Positions 35,561-45,121 of a stretch of DNA of 52,853 nucleotides are shown piece after piece (within the stretch, counting starts at the first letter, position 1; each line of letters starts with the position of its first letter). Made by a program: the position numbers and the translations under genes. The stretch comes from a virus. Taxonomy: Duplodnaviria > Caudoviricetes. The stretch lies in IMG/VR virus record IMGVR_UViG_3300032722_000027, positions 1 through 52,853 of that record; one strand, 5' to 3'. The notes beneath the pieces were generated by a model. That model did not search any database, was not told where the DNA came from, and saw only the letters and a list, made by a program, of their open reading frames with translations.

Positions 35561-37135
35561 TTACGCGCCAAGCTGATTCGGCATACTCTGCGTGCTGGAT
35601 GTCGGCACTTCCAGCGTAAACGCCGGTCCCGATCCGCATTGACCGGTGTAGGTAGCCCCCTGCACCAGGTTGACGGCCACGTTGCCGCCCGTGTCGCTGG
35701 CCACACTGACCGACTGGCCGACCACCACCAGGCCGGTGCCGGATGGCGCGGCTGTGCAGGTAAAGGAGCATTCCACCCCGGACATGGGATTGCCGGAACC
35801 GCTGACCACCAGGAACGATACCGAGCATTGGCCGGCAGACGGCGCGGTGCTGGCGCCAACGATGTTCCACCCCTGCTGCATCTGACCGTCGGCAAACGTG
35901 CCGTTGACCGTCACGCGGTACGGCAGCCCGGCCGCCGGCGCCGTCCAACTGCTGGTATAGGTACCCAAACCAGCCCGCACAAATGGCCCGTCCGGCGTCA
36001 CCGTCGCGCCGGTGTCGGTACGGACGATGCCGGGAGTAAGCGTGTCGATGCTGCCCCATGCTGGAACTGCCTGCAAATCCAGTAGGGCACCCGTGGTCGC
36101 ATCGCGGGTCGTGATGGTCACGGCATAGGCACTGCCGGTGATAACGTAAGCGAAAGCCCATCGCACGATAATTGCCTCCACCGGCTCGCCGGTACTGGAC
36201 ACGGGAAGGGGGTTGACGATGACACGGGCGGCCGATGGTGTTGGTATTGCCCCAATCGCCTCCTCGATAGCTGCGGTGTTCGCGGTGGCGTTCGCTTCCT
36301 TCGCCAGCACATCCGTCCATCCCGTGGGCGGATCGTCAGGGAACGGAGTGGCGTTGTTCGATGTGACTTTGCCATCCGCGTCGGTCAGCAGTTTGTTTAC
36401 TGGCAAGGCAAGTATCGCCGCTGCCGCTGCCGTGGCGTTGTCGCTGGCGGACGGTGCTGCGGTGTACCACGTATGCGGGATTGCTGTAAGGCCCGCGCCT
36501 GCTGTGCCCACGGTCGTAATGAGTCCGCCAACCTGAGTGCTGGTAGCAAGATCGTTTCCGTTGGCGTCGTAAGCCCGCACGACGTTTGCGCCGGATGCTA
36601 TTGTTTCGAGAACGGCATTAGTGGATGAGGAAATAACCTTGAGAGCGCTGTTGCCATAGGTGCCGTTGTTGACGATGGCGTAGGCGTCGCCGGTCTGATT
36701 GGCGCTGTTGGTATTGGTGAACGTCTGCGATGACGCCAGCGTTACGGGGTTCGTGACACTGCCGATGGTTCCACCGGCCACGTTTACCGTTCCCGTGAGT
36801 GCGTTGAGCGTCCCACCTGCCACAATAACGCCCGTAGCGGCAGTTATGTTCGTCGTGTTCGCCAGTGTGCCGCCCTGCGTCACGATTGGCCCTAACGCCG
36901 TAGCGCCGAAATCCTCGCACGCCTTCTTGTTATTGCACAAATACTCGATTCGCCCCGCACCCCACGCAGTATCAAGTGTGGCGGATGCGTAAGCCAGTCC
37001 ATAGGCATCCGTATTGCCGATGGCTGTGCTGGTGATGCGTGCGGTGCCATCGGCACTGGTCACAGTGTACGTCACGGCCTGCATGCTGTTGGCTGTGCCG
37101 AAATTGCAGGCTAATTGTTTGGTGTAGGTAGCCAT
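35561..37135 (-). CDS. Virion fibre/appendage-like protein with Ig/carboxypeptidase-regulatory-like C-terminal domains
   Basis: Thr/Ala/Gly-rich beta repeats; C-terminal G.P.SGV...SDTGG....L..G.Y. Confidence 0.55.
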   Translation of the reverse strand: MATYTKQLACNFGTANSMQAVTYTVTSADGTARITSTAIGNTDAYGLAYASATLDTAWGAGRIEYLCNNKKACEDFGATALGPIVTQGGTLANTTNITAATGVIVAGGTLNALTGTVNVAGGTIGSVTNPVTLASSQTFTNTNSANQTGDAYAIVNNGTYGNSALKVISSSTNAVLETIASGANVVRAYDANGNDLATSTQVGGLITTVGTAGAGLTAIPHTWYTAAPSASDNATAAAAAILALPVNKLLTDADGKVTSNNATPFPDDPPTGWTDVLAKEANATANTAAIEEAIGAIPTPSAARVIVNPLPVSSTGEPVEAIIVRWAFAYVITGSAYAVTITTRDATTGALLDLQAVPAWGSIDTLTPGIVRTDTGATVTPDGPFVRAGLGTYTSSWTAPAAGLPYRVTVNGTFADGQMQQGWNIVGASTAPSAGQCSVSFLVVSGSGNPMSGVECSFTCTAAPSGTGLVVVGQSVSVASDTGGNVAVNLVQGATYTGQCGSGPAFTLEVPTSSTQSMPNQLGA

Positions 37136-37317
37136 TAGCAGATCCCCTTCCGCACGAGGGCTACGATCTGTTCATCACCCATCGCATTGGTTGCCCATGC
37201 GGCATACGCGGTGGATTTCCATACTGTGCGATCCTGCGGATTGCGCACCACGAAGGCCAGCGTCCAGCCCGCGTTGAAGTTTTTGGTGATCTGGTTCATG
37301 CTTGCATCCTGTGGCAC
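37135..37317 (-). CDS. Hypothetical protein
   Basis: TAATG-coupled to the next gene. Confidence 0.45.
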   Translation of the reverse strand: MPQDASMNQITKNFNAGWTLAFVVRNPQDRTVWKSTAYAAWATNAMGDEQIVALVRKGIC

Positions 37318-37338
37318 GTCAATTGAAAGCGCGTCGCG

Positions 37339-37659
37339 TCAGGCAGTCGGGAAAGCGGCAATCACAATCGGCGTTGCCGGACCATTGGGCTGGCCGGTCT
37401 GCGGATTGACCTGCTGATTGCTCAAGCCCAGCGTCGCAATCGTGGTGTCCAGCACGCTCTTGAGGGAGTTGTGGCTGCTCGCCAGCGCGGTGGCAACATC
37501 GTTGCCGACGATACCGGCGAACGTCGGATAGGTCAGCGCGGTCGCAGCTTTGGCGACGGTGTTCATCTGGTTGGCGCTGTTGATGATCGTCTGTCGGGCC
37601 AGATTGACGATAGCCACCGCTTGGGCGGCGTTCTGTAACGGGGTAAGGTTCGCGGACAT
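37339..37659 (-). CDS. Hypothetical helical protein
   Basis: AGGAG RBS. Confidence 0.65.
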   Translation of the reverse strand: MSANLTPLQNAAQAVAIVNLARQTIINSANQMNTVAKAATALTYPTFAGIVGNDVATALASSHNSLKSVLDTTIATLGLSNQQVNPQTGQPNGPATPIVIAAFPTA

Positions 37660-37672
37660 AGTTAAACTCCTG

Positions 37673-39388
37673 TTATGGGATAGGTGACATTCCGCCCGCT
37701 GATACGACAGCGGCAAGGCGGGAAACTGCTTCTGCTAAAGTGGTTGGTTCGGATAACCAGTTGGCGCTGCTGATAGTGTCGGAAAAGCTGAAACTGTCGG
37801 CGGTTACGGCACCACTCACTTGCAGGGCGGAAGTGCCGTCGCCTGTGAACAAACCACCCATTAACACTTGTGATCCAACGAGGGTCATCACACCAAGGTT
37901 ATTCGTGAAAAAGGTAACTGGCGTATTAGTGTACGATCCGATTGCGAGTCTGCCGCCGTAGTCCTGCGTCGTCATGATTAGGTACAGGTTCGCATTAGTG
38001 CCTTCGGGGTTATTCGTGACGTAGATGTTGTACGGGAAGGTTAACCCGTGGATCATCATCGCTAGGTACGCGTGTCCCCAGTCCGAACTTCCGTTGTTGG
38101 ATAACAAGAAGCTGCCCCGTGCGCTGGCGTTGGAATCGTTCATGTGCAGAAAGTTGTTGAAGGTGCTGGTCCCATAGTTGTTGGTAATCTCGACGATGTT
38201 GTTCTGGTAGTAGGGATCATAGAATGCACCGTCGCCAAAAATAGCACCGCCAAATGTCGCCGATTGCGTGGTGGTGTTACCATTCGTCAGCACTTGATCC
38301 AAAGTTTCCGATCCGCCCCCGCCGCCCGCTGCCGCAAACCAGTTGCCGAAACTATCGACGGTGAGAACATCGGCGGTTTGAGCCACTGAACCATCGGCGC
38401 GAATCGTCGGATACAAGTAGCTTGATACGTCATTGGCTATGTCTGAAAACAGTATGCCCTTATATGCACCGTAAAACGTGTTCCATGTGCTTTCGCTAAT
38501 CTGCGAATTGCTGGAAAGTTGAAGCAAGCCCCCCTGCATGTTTACCGATCCACCAAAGAGCGTGGTGGTGTTGCTGACAGTTAATGTGCCACCGCAACTG
38601 ATTTGCATGGAACCAGAGCCGCCATCCACAGTGAATACGCTGTCGCGTACAGACAAGCTACCAGCCGTAACAAACGCGATCCCGGTGTCCCCCACCCCAG
38701 TGATGTAATTTCCGTTCATGTCCAGATAACCGCTAGCGGTCAGGGGCCATGTGACGCTGGCAACCGTATTTCCGGTCGATGTGTCAACCAGATTACTACC
38801 GTCATACCCAACGGCAGGAATAAGCACCCCAGTGCCGCCGTTGCTAATCGTCGCGTACGGTATGCTGCTACCGGAGAAATTATTCCACGACAACACGTTT
38901 CCTCCGGGCGTACCACCAGAGGCGTATATCCGCAACGAGCCGTAATTGGTGTCAATGATCGGGTTGCCGTTCCAATCGTGAAGGATTTTACCGAAGGCTA
39001 GGTATGGATTGCCGTAGGTGTCCGCACTCCATGGTCCCGCAGGCAGATTGGTCAGTTGCGAGCCATCGACAGAGGGCAGCATCCCCGTGCTGGGGTCCAG
39101 TTGCACCACGTCGCCCGCAGCGGTGCCGACGTTGAGCCACGCAGCGGTGCCCAACGCACTGGCAAGGGCACTGGCGGACCCGTAAGCGTCAAAGGTGTCG
39201 GCTGGCACACTCAGCACGCCAAAGTCATCCACAGCAAGCGTGGAGCCGTCCGGCTGGACAAGGCCCAGGGTGGAAGCTGTAGCGGGGTAGATCCCCACGT
39301 CGGCGGGACAAGATGGTACGAAACTCCCGGCCACGTTACTCCTGCCCGCCAGCGGCGGTAAAAATCGCGTCGAGAACGCGGTCGTCAT
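37673..39388 (-). CDS. Tail fibre-like protein
   Basis: ATASTLGLVQPDG, LGTAAWLNVGT..GDVVQLD..G.LP.VDGSQLTNL and ETLDQVL.NGNTT fibre motifs. Confidence 0.75.
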   Translation of the reverse strand: MTTAFSTRFLPPLAGRSNVAGSFVPSCPADVGIYPATASTLGLVQPDGSTLAVDDFGVLSVPADTFDAYGSASALASALGTAAWLNVGTAAGDVVQLDPSTGMLPSVDGSQLTNLPAGPWSADTYGNPYLAFGKILHDWNGNPIIDTNYGSLRIYASGGTPGGNVLSWNNFSGSSIPYATISNGGTGVLIPAVGYDGSNLVDTSTGNTVASVTWPLTASGYLDMNGNYITGVGDTGIAFVTAGSLSVRDSVFTVDGGSGSMQISCGGTLTVSNTTTLFGGSVNMQGGLLQLSSNSQISESTWNTFYGAYKGILFSDIANDVSSYLYPTIRADGSVAQTADVLTVDSFGNWFAAAGGGGGSETLDQVLTNGNTTTQSATFGGAIFGDGAFYDPYYQNNIVEITNNYGTSTFNNFLHMNDSNASARGSFLLSNNGSSDWGHAYLAMMIHGLTFPYNIYVTNNPEGTNANLYLIMTTQDYGGRLAIGSYTNTPVTFFTNNLGVMTLVGSQVLMGGLFTGDGTSALQVSGAVTADSFSFSDTISSANWLSEPTTLAEAVSRLAAVVSAGGMSPIP

Positions 39389-39899
39389 CCTTGATCGTGG
39401 TATGGCTTAAACCGAGCCAGTTACAGTCAATCTGCACGTCGCCATCAGTGGGCATCGGCTCGCCAAGGTGGATGGTCGTATGGTCTGATTGAAGTCCACA
39501 CGATACGGGAACCGAAATCACATCGAACAAAATCGTGCGTCCAACTTCAGGTTGTGCGTGCCACAGGTCGGGATACAGTTGACCGAACATTGCATCGGGA
39601 ACACCAGTTACCACGATCCATAGTTTCCACCGCTTACCGGCGGCCTGGATCTGGTCGAGGTTCTGCTTACGCAGTTCCCATGTCGATGCCACGCCGTAGC
39701 TGTACGCCACGATCACATCGGCCCACAGCAAATCGTCGATGGTAACGCGGTCGGAATCGTGGTCCTGTAAACACGTCCGCAACCGGACCTCATGCCCGGT
39801 ATCAGTAAACCGCTGGCTGAGCGACCAGTAACGGTCACCGTCGCCCAGTTTCATCAGGAAGCCACCGATGATCAGAATGTTGCTCACGGTCGCCTCCAC
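39336..39899 (-). CDS. Alpha/beta-hydrolase-like protein
   Basis: IIGGF oxyanion-like segment, AYSYG nucleophile elbow, C-terminal SH..I. Confidence 0.55.
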   Translation of the reverse strand: MEATVSNILIIGGFLMKLGDGDRYWSLSQRFTDTGHEVRLRTCLQDHDSDRVTIDDLLWADVIVAYSYGVASTWELRKQNLDQIQAAGKRWKLWIVVTGVPDAMFGQLYPDLWHAQPEVGRTILFDVISVPVSCGLQSDHTTIHLGEPMPTDGDVQIDCNWLGLSHTTIKDDDRVLDAIFTAAGGQE

Positions 39900-40090
39900 C
39901 GGCTGGCCATGTCAGCCTGCACCAGCAGCGTCCGCGTGGCCCACAGGAGAGCCATCGCCGTGCTGCCGAGGATGAAGCCCATGTTGTAGCCAGCGGGCGG
40001 CAGCCGCTTGGCCGATTCTGCGTACTTGCGGATCGCTCGGTCGAATGCCTTCATGCGGCGGTGGAAGTCGGTGCATGGGATGCGTTTCAC
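39884..40090 (-). CDS. Small protein with a hydrophobic segment
   Basis: GTGA-coupled to the upstream gene. Confidence 0.45.
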   Translation of the reverse strand: MKRIPCTDFHRRMKAFDRAIRKYAESAKRLPPAGYNMGFILGSTAMALLWATRTLLVQADMASRWRRP

Positions 40091-40899
40091 TTCACACCCC
40101 CACCGAAAGCCGGTACTGGTGTGCCAACCTTGGGAAACAGCTTGTCTCTGTAGATCATCACCGCGTAAATGCCAGCACCAGCGGCAACCGCTCCCAGCGT
40201 GCAGAGAATCCAGAATCGGTAATGGATGACCTCTCCAAGCAGGAAGCTCCCAGTAGCGACGGCCATGCACCCGGCAGCACCCGCAATGCTGATGTGAATG
40301 TCGTGCATCAGCAGGCCGAGAGTCACGGCGATGCCGATGCCCAAAAGGCTGGCGATGGCCACGCCGAATAGCGACTTCTCAAGTTTGGCGGCTTTGTCGT
40401 CTTTTTCCTTCGCCAAGGCGGCCTCTGCCTTGATCCTGGCGGCGTGTTCTTCTGCGGTGGCACGATTACCCGCCTCGATGGCCGCGGCGTTGCTGGCGGC
40501 CCCCTGGCGTAGGCTAGCGATCTCGGTGGAGTTGGCCTGAATCTGGTTCAATGCGGTATCGAGCTTGGCCTGCCACTCTGGCGCCAAGGCCGCCACACCG
40601 CTGTCGATGGCCTTCGCGGTGGCGATCTGCGTATCGTTCCACGGCTTGGCCGATGGCACCTTGGCGGTGCAGTCGGTCGCGGTGGCAATGACTTTGGCTG
40701 TGCCGTCCGATACCGTCTTAACGCCCTGTTTGGCAATCTTCTCAAGGTCGCTCACGGCCGGCGCCGGGCTGGTCGTCGCGGCCGGAAGGTTCGCGGGGTG
40801 GTAAGCGGTCACAGGCGGCGGTGTGGCAGCGCAGCCACAAAGCGACTGCGCCAGCATCACCGATACGAACGCCATCGCCATGTAAAAAAATCGAGTCAT
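40087..40899 (-). CDS. Lipoprotein with coiled coil and C-terminal TM helices (spanin-like)
   Basis: Lipobox-like LCGC after a hydrophobic leader; about three C-terminal hydrophobic helices. Confidence 0.6.
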   Translation of the reverse strand: MTRFFYMAMAFVSVMLAQSLCGCAATPPPVTAYHPANLPAATTSPAPAVSDLEKIAKQGVKTVSDGTAKVIATATDCTAKVPSAKPWNDTQIATAKAIDSGVAALAPEWQAKLDTALNQIQANSTEIASLRQGAASNAAAIEAGNRATAEEHAARIKAEAALAKEKDDKAAKLEKSLFGVAIASLLGIGIAVTLGLLMHDIHISIAGAAGCMAVATGSFLLGEVIHYRFWILCTLGAVAAGAGIYAVMIYRDKLFPKVGTPVPAFGGGVK

Positions 40900-40910
40900 T
40901 CAATGCCCTT

Positions 40911-41273
40911 TCAAACCTTGCTTGTTCCTTCAACGCCCCGAGCCAAACGCTCGCGGGTCCGCTTCTGTAACCACATCAATGCTTCTTCCAACTTAGTCAG
41001 TGCCACCGCGTTATCACGGCAAGCGTATTTTCCGCTCTGGAACCCACGCAGCCGGTCGATGACGATGGCGATTAACGCCTCTCCGCTGATGCCGTTGACA
41101 CCCGCCTCGGCGATTGGGCCGTTCTGGAAGCGGGTGTGGCAGCAGACGTTTAGGCGATCCGAACCGTCGATGGTGTATTCATGATTCGCCCCACCAATAC
41201 CGGGTTCATCCATAACAGAAATATCAAGAGCGTCATTGAGTCCGTTGAGTTTGTGGTCGGTTATTGTCCGCAT
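40911..41273 (-). CDS. tad1: Tad1-family anti-Thoeris (cyclic nucleotide sponge) protein
   Basis: G.GGA.HEY, FQ.GP, NG, LI.I..DRL..FQ.G.Y.CR.NA.ALT.LEEALMW...R...R...V.GT match the Tad1 consensus as I recall it. Confidence 0.85.
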   Translation of the reverse strand: MRTITDHKLNGLNDALDISVMDEPGIGGANHEYTIDGSDRLNVCCHTRFQNGPIAEAGVNGISGEALIAIVIDRLRGFQSGKYACRDNAVALTKLEEALMWLQKRTRERLARGVEGTSKV

Positions 41274-41275
41274 AA

Positions 41276-41548
41276 TCAATTCCCTTTCGAGTTTGCCACC
41301 GTGCTGGTGGCTCCGTTTGTTCGCGCGTCGCAATGGGACTGGGCCGCAATGAAAGCCGTCGTGATCGCCCCAAACCCCCCGATGGACCACTTGAGCACGT
41401 CGGCCACTGTCTCACAGGCTTTATCGCTCATGCCCAACGCGTGCGAGTTGGCCAGCACCAGGAACGCCGCGCCGATGCAGACGGCCAAGGCCAGCATGCC
41501 GGCCATGCCCATCTTGAACTTCTGGCCGTATGCGCGGCAGTGCCTCAC
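41276..41548 (-). CDS. Holin-like two-TM protein
   Basis: Two hydrophobic helices, about 90 aa, lysis-cassette context. Confidence 0.55.
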   Translation of the reverse strand: MRHCRAYGQKFKMGMAGMLALAVCIGAAFLVLANSHALGMSDKACETVADVLKWSIGGFGAITTAFIAAQSHCDARTNGATSTVANSKGN

Positions 41549-41802
41549 GGCTTGAGTACTCCAATCTTCGTCCGAATCCAGTCCACTCCCGCCAACGCCA
41601 GCGCGGTTATCACAGCCCATTGCACGCCGATCCATCGCCGCCGCGATCCTTCAATGCTACTTACGCGGCCTTCCAGATCGTGCAGCTTTTGAAGAAAACC
41701 GCCCGGCGCCTCTGGCGTACCGAGCATGGCCTTGCGAAGTTCAACAACTTGTGCGGTCAGCGCGTCGATGCTGTCACGGATACTGCAGTCCTCATCGCTC
41801 AC
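41545..41802 (-). CDS. XhlA/holin-like coiled-coil protein with C-terminal TM
   Basis: G....GG....L..LE.R...IE followed by a TM helix. Confidence 0.55.
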   Translation of the reverse strand: MSDEDCSIRDSIDALTAQVVELRKAMLGTPEAPGGFLQKLHDLEGRVSSIEGSRRRWIGVQWAVITALALAGVDWIRTKIGVLKP

Positions 41803-42101
41803 GCCTGAACTCCTGCTGCCGCGCAAGCACGGCGGTACTCGGCATCGTATAAAACTACGTCGATAGGATGAATGTTTGCCAACTCTGCCACCTGTCGTGC
41901 CGTCATGGAAAAAGAGACCGGCGCGGCGTGGTGGCCGCGACCGGCCGTTCGTGGGTGGCGCGTCGAGGGTCGCGCCGTGGGGTTGGGAGATTCCGACCAC
42001 GCATCATCGCGCGGCAATAATTCAATGGCGCCTTTGTGGTCGGTGCCGTAGAGTTGCACCCCTTCCGGTGGGGGTGGGAGGGTTTCGCATTCGCACTGCA
42101 T
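41799..42101 (-). CDS. Hypothetical protein (possibly leaderless)
   Basis: ATG lies 6 nt after the -10 box; GTGA-coupled to the next gene. Confidence 0.5.
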   Translation of the reverse strand: MQCECETLPPPPEGVQLYGTDHKGAIELLPRDDAWSESPNPTARPSTRHPRTAGRGHHAAPVSFSMTARQVAELANIHPIDVVLYDAEYRRACAAAGVQA

Positions 42102-42107
42102 GAGTAG

Positions 42108-42137
42108 AGCTTAGAAGACATCGCCCCGATATGTCAA
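42108..42137 (-). promoter_or_regulatory. Sigma70-like promoter for the lysis/fibre block, overlapped by an inverted repeat
   Basis: TTGACA-18 nt-TAAGCT; GACATCG..CGATATGTC dyad. Confidence 0.55.
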
Positions 42138-42171
42138 CGGAAAAGCGTGTAGACAAGTTGTCTGGAACTTT

Positions 42172-42507
42172 TTACACCGTTTCAATTTCGATGCGACCAG
42201 CACCCACAACACAGACCCGCACGCGTTGCTCTGGCGCCATGCCGGCCGCCAGCAGGATAGTGCACGGGATGGCCAGCGTGAGGCTTTTTCGGTTCCGCAC
42301 GCACATCACATGCTCCCGCTTGACTCGCCGCGGTGGTCTGGGTAGTTCTAGGCCGAGCCGTTTGGCCACCGCGTAGGGGTAGCCGTACCGCACACCGAAC
42401 CGCTCGGCGTACCACTTCGCCGGCATCTGCTCGTGGGCGTTTTGCCGGCGGTTCATTTCCTCTTCAATTTGGGAGGTGCGGTTGAGGGGCATTTTCTGCG
42501 GCTCCAC
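42172..42507 (-). CDS. HTH plus AbrB-like DNA-binding protein
   Basis: AERFGV.Y..; SLTLAIP......GM..EQRVRV......IEI. Confidence 0.6.
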   Translation of the reverse strand: MEPQKMPLNRTSQIEEEMNRRQNAHEQMPAKWYAERFGVRYGYPYAVAKRLGLELPRPPRRVKREHVMCVRNRKSLTLAIPCTILLAAGMAPEQRVRVCVVGAGRIEIETV

Positions 42508-42522
42508 AAAATGGGATGTTGG

Positions 42523-43629
42523 TTAACTCAGTTTGGGCATCTGGCGGACGCGGAGTTCGGTCGGCCACTCGCTCATGTCGCCACCCTTTTTGTCTTCACA
42601 GTGAAGCCTGTGCACGCCTCCGGTTGGGCATTCGTCGTAGGGGTTGGCCCCAAGCTGCTTCACAAAGCACGGCACAGCAGAGTCCTGGCACTGGGTTACC
42701 ATGGAGCGGATCCGGGGCACATCGCAGCGGCGGGCGCCGGGGCCACTCTCGCCGCCGACGATGACCCAGCCGATGGAGGGGCCGGCGGAATCGTCTTTGC
42801 TGGCTGCGCTGCTGCCGTCGTGGCCGCGGCCGTCGAGGGCGTCCAAGAAACCAGCACCGCGGCAGGGGATGCGCTGGAGGTCCACGGGCCCCAGCAGCGG
42901 CTCGCAGGAGAGGAAGAGCACGGCGGCCGGGCATTTGAGCAGGTGGGGGATGCGATCGTCGGCGCATTGCTGGTTTTCCACGCTGGTGCCCAGCCAGACG
43001 TTGGGCAGGGGCCACACCCATTTGCATGAGTCAACAGTCCTGCCATCGCCGCGCCATTCCGCCGTCTTGTGCGCCGAATCCCACAACCTGCCACAGCCGA
43101 GAATGTCGCCATCGTCGTGGTCCAGCCATCGTGTGATCTGGCGATAGATGTTGTTCGCCAGATTCGCTGATGCCATATATTGTGCCATCCGCTCCGGCCT
43201 TTTCGTCAAGACCTGATGCGTATGCCACGGCGTCAGGGCCATCACGGCGAAGCATTTGTCAATCCAATCGAACGGCACCCATGAGCCGAACAGGTCGGTC
43301 ATGTCGCACCAGAAGATTTTGGACGGCTTCCGGCGGCGCAGCACCTGCTGCAGGACGGCGTCATCAAAGAACACTTCCGTCTTGCCCATGGGGAGTACAC
43401 CGCTTCGGAGCGTATCCAGCGTGGACTTTTGACCTGCGCCACGGAAATCAGGCATGCCGAACCGCGGCTGCATCGCCGAGGCGTAGCACAGGGCGCACCC
43501 GGGGGAGCACTTTTCGCAGTAATGCCCCACGCCGCTGTTGTATCCGCCTTTGGTCTTGTCGCTGCCGGCAAGACGGGCGCGGATTGGATTCACTGAAAAA
43601 TCCGTCCACTCGATCGAGGTAGTACCCAT
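42523..43629 (-). CDS. DUF5131 (phage Gp37/Gp68) radical-SAM-like protein
   Basis: T.IEWTD, C..CSPGC..CYA, DM.DLF, LTKRP, NVWLGTSVENQ, SCEPLLG, WVIVGGESG, FVKQLG. Confidence 0.92.
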   Translation of the reverse strand: MGTTSIEWTDFSVNPIRARLAGSDKTKGGYNSGVGHYCEKCSPGCALCYASAMQPRFGMPDFRGAGQKSTLDTLRSGVLPMGKTEVFFDDAVLQQVLRRRKPSKIFWCDMTDLFGSWVPFDWIDKCFAVMALTPWHTHQVLTKRPERMAQYMASANLANNIYRQITRWLDHDDGDILGCGRLWDSAHKTAEWRGDGRTVDSCKWVWPLPNVWLGTSVENQQCADDRIPHLLKCPAAVLFLSCEPLLGPVDLQRIPCRGAGFLDALDGRGHDGSSAASKDDSAGPSIGWVIVGGESGPGARRCDVPRIRSMVTQCQDSAVPCFVKQLGANPYDECPTGGVHRLHCEDKKGGDMSEWPTELRVRQMPKLS

Positions 43630-43644
43630 TTGGGTTCCGTCCTT

Positions 43645-44181
43645 TCAAAAGGGAATTTGATCTTCGCCCACGAAAAACCGATACACCACGCCGTACAGCC
43701 GATCCAATGCCCGGCCAGCGGCGGTCCTGCCGAACATACGCCATGCAAAATGTTGATCGAACACCAGCGCGAGCAGGAACGCCGCCCGCCATGACCACGG
43801 GCCGTAATCCTTGTGCTGCACCAGGCCCGTGATGGTCACCTGCGAGCCTTCCGGCATCGCGCCGTAGCGACCCGTCGGCTTGTGGAACGTGTAGCCGCCC
43901 AATCGCCACCGTTCCAACCGCACATAGGTCCTGCTGTAGATGCCGTCGCCATTGCAGCCGTTCCACCTCCAGTGATCGGGTTTGCATTGCTGACAGCCCC
44001 AACACGGATGGGTGATTACCTGCCAGTCGTAATTCGGTTCGGGGCCGAACAGGGTATCGTGCGTCTCACGTTCGCCCAGCGCATGCAGGATCTGATCCTT
44101 CATGGCGTAGAACAGACCGTCCCGGTGATATGAAACCACTGGCGGGTTGGAGTTGGCGACGTGTAGCAGGTATCCGATCAT
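43645..44181 (-). CDS. Hypothetical protein
   Basis: ATGA-coupled; YTFH.P motif, CxxC, ends in DQIPF. Confidence 0.65.
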   Translation of the reverse strand: MIGYLLHVANSNPPVVSYHRDGLFYAMKDQILHALGERETHDTLFGPEPNYDWQVITHPCWGCQQCKPDHWRWNGCNGDGIYSRTYVRLERWRLGGYTFHKPTGRYGAMPEGSQVTITGLVQHKDYGPWSWRAAFLLALVFDQHFAWRMFGRTAAGRALDRLYGVVYRFFVGEDQIPF

Positions 44182-44504
44182 GGCTTTCCCCCGTTGGCAA
44201 TCTCCAGCAGTGTATCGCAGTGACACGGCTCCGACAGTCGGCACCAGCAGGCCAGGTTCAGACCGGCCAACTCCCGACATATCTTGGCCCGCAGAAGCCC
44301 CTTGTTTACAATGTCGCGGTGGTAGTCAACAGCCATCTGCGCATCAATGATTCGCACGCAGTTGAATACCACTCCAATGCGGTACGGATTCCCCCACGGA
44401 CCCGGCCGTGCACAGTTCACTGCCGGCAATCCGTTGAGTGCTCGCGATTCGGCTTGCAGGTCAAATCCGCGGCGGCGGGAGAGTTGGATGCGTTGGGGTT
44501 TCAC
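44178..44504 (-). CDS. DUF4326 protein
   Basis: RPGPWGNPY, ELAG.NLACWC, CHCDTL. Confidence 0.9.
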   Translation of the reverse strand: MKPQRIQLSRRRGFDLQAESRALNGLPAVNCARPGPWGNPYRIGVVFNCVRIIDAQMAVDYHRDIVNKGLLRAKICRELAGLNLACWCRLSEPCHCDTLLEIANGGKP

Positions 44505-45121
44505 TTGCCACCTCCGATCTGCCGCATTTGCTCGGCCACCACTTCGTCGGGCACGTCATGCCGCTTCAAATACTCAACGGCGGATTTAAGTACCTCGATA
44601 TTATCCTTAAACAAGCCAAGCCCTGAATTGCAATGGAAGCATAAGATACCTCGCACCTTTCTGGTGGCATGATTGTGATCTACGTGGAATCCGTATCCCC
44701 TCTTGTCCGTTATTGCCTTCCGGCAAATTGCGCAAACCCCGCCCTGCGATGACAGCAATGCGTCCGCCTGCTCAATCGTTATCGAAAACTTCTTTTTCAG
44801 GTGATGCTGCCGCTTGTGCGTGCGCGAAGCCTCAAGGTTGGCTGCCTGCCAATCCCGCTCTTTCTGGTAGTTGCAGCCCTTGCATATATGCCGTGATCCC
44901 GGGCGCATTTGTGAGACGGGGAACGAGTTCCCGCATTTCTGGCATTCAACATTCCCGTGGTCAATTGCATGATCCAGGTGGGCGCGATACTCAATGCACG
45001 CGGCCTCGCGTAATTTATGGATTTCACCACACCACCCACAATCACAACCTGATTGCCACTCCCGCAACAGTGTGCGGGTCAATGTTCGGCAGTGCCCACG
45101 TAAAGACCGACCATTTTTCAT
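44501..45121 (-). CDS. Recombination endonuclease VII-family HNH nuclease
   Basis: Q.GVCAIC...HVDHNH.T.KVRGILC..CNSGLG.FKD. Confidence 0.9.
   Translation of the reverse strand: MKNGRSLRGHCRTLTRTLLREWQSGCDCGWCGEIHKLREAACIEYRAHLDHAIDHGNVECQKCGNSFPVSQMRPGSRHICKGCNYQKERDWQAANLEASRTHKRQHHLKKKFSITIEQADALLSSQGGVCAICRKAITDKRGYGFHVDHNHATRKVRGILCFHCNSGLGLFKDNIEVLKSAVEYLKRHDVPDEVVAEQMRQIGGGK

Noticed and set aside
9147-39388. Diversity-generating retroelement or fibre shufflon
   Set aside because: No reverse transcriptase, no TR/VR pair, and no repeated crossover sites noticed around the fibre genes
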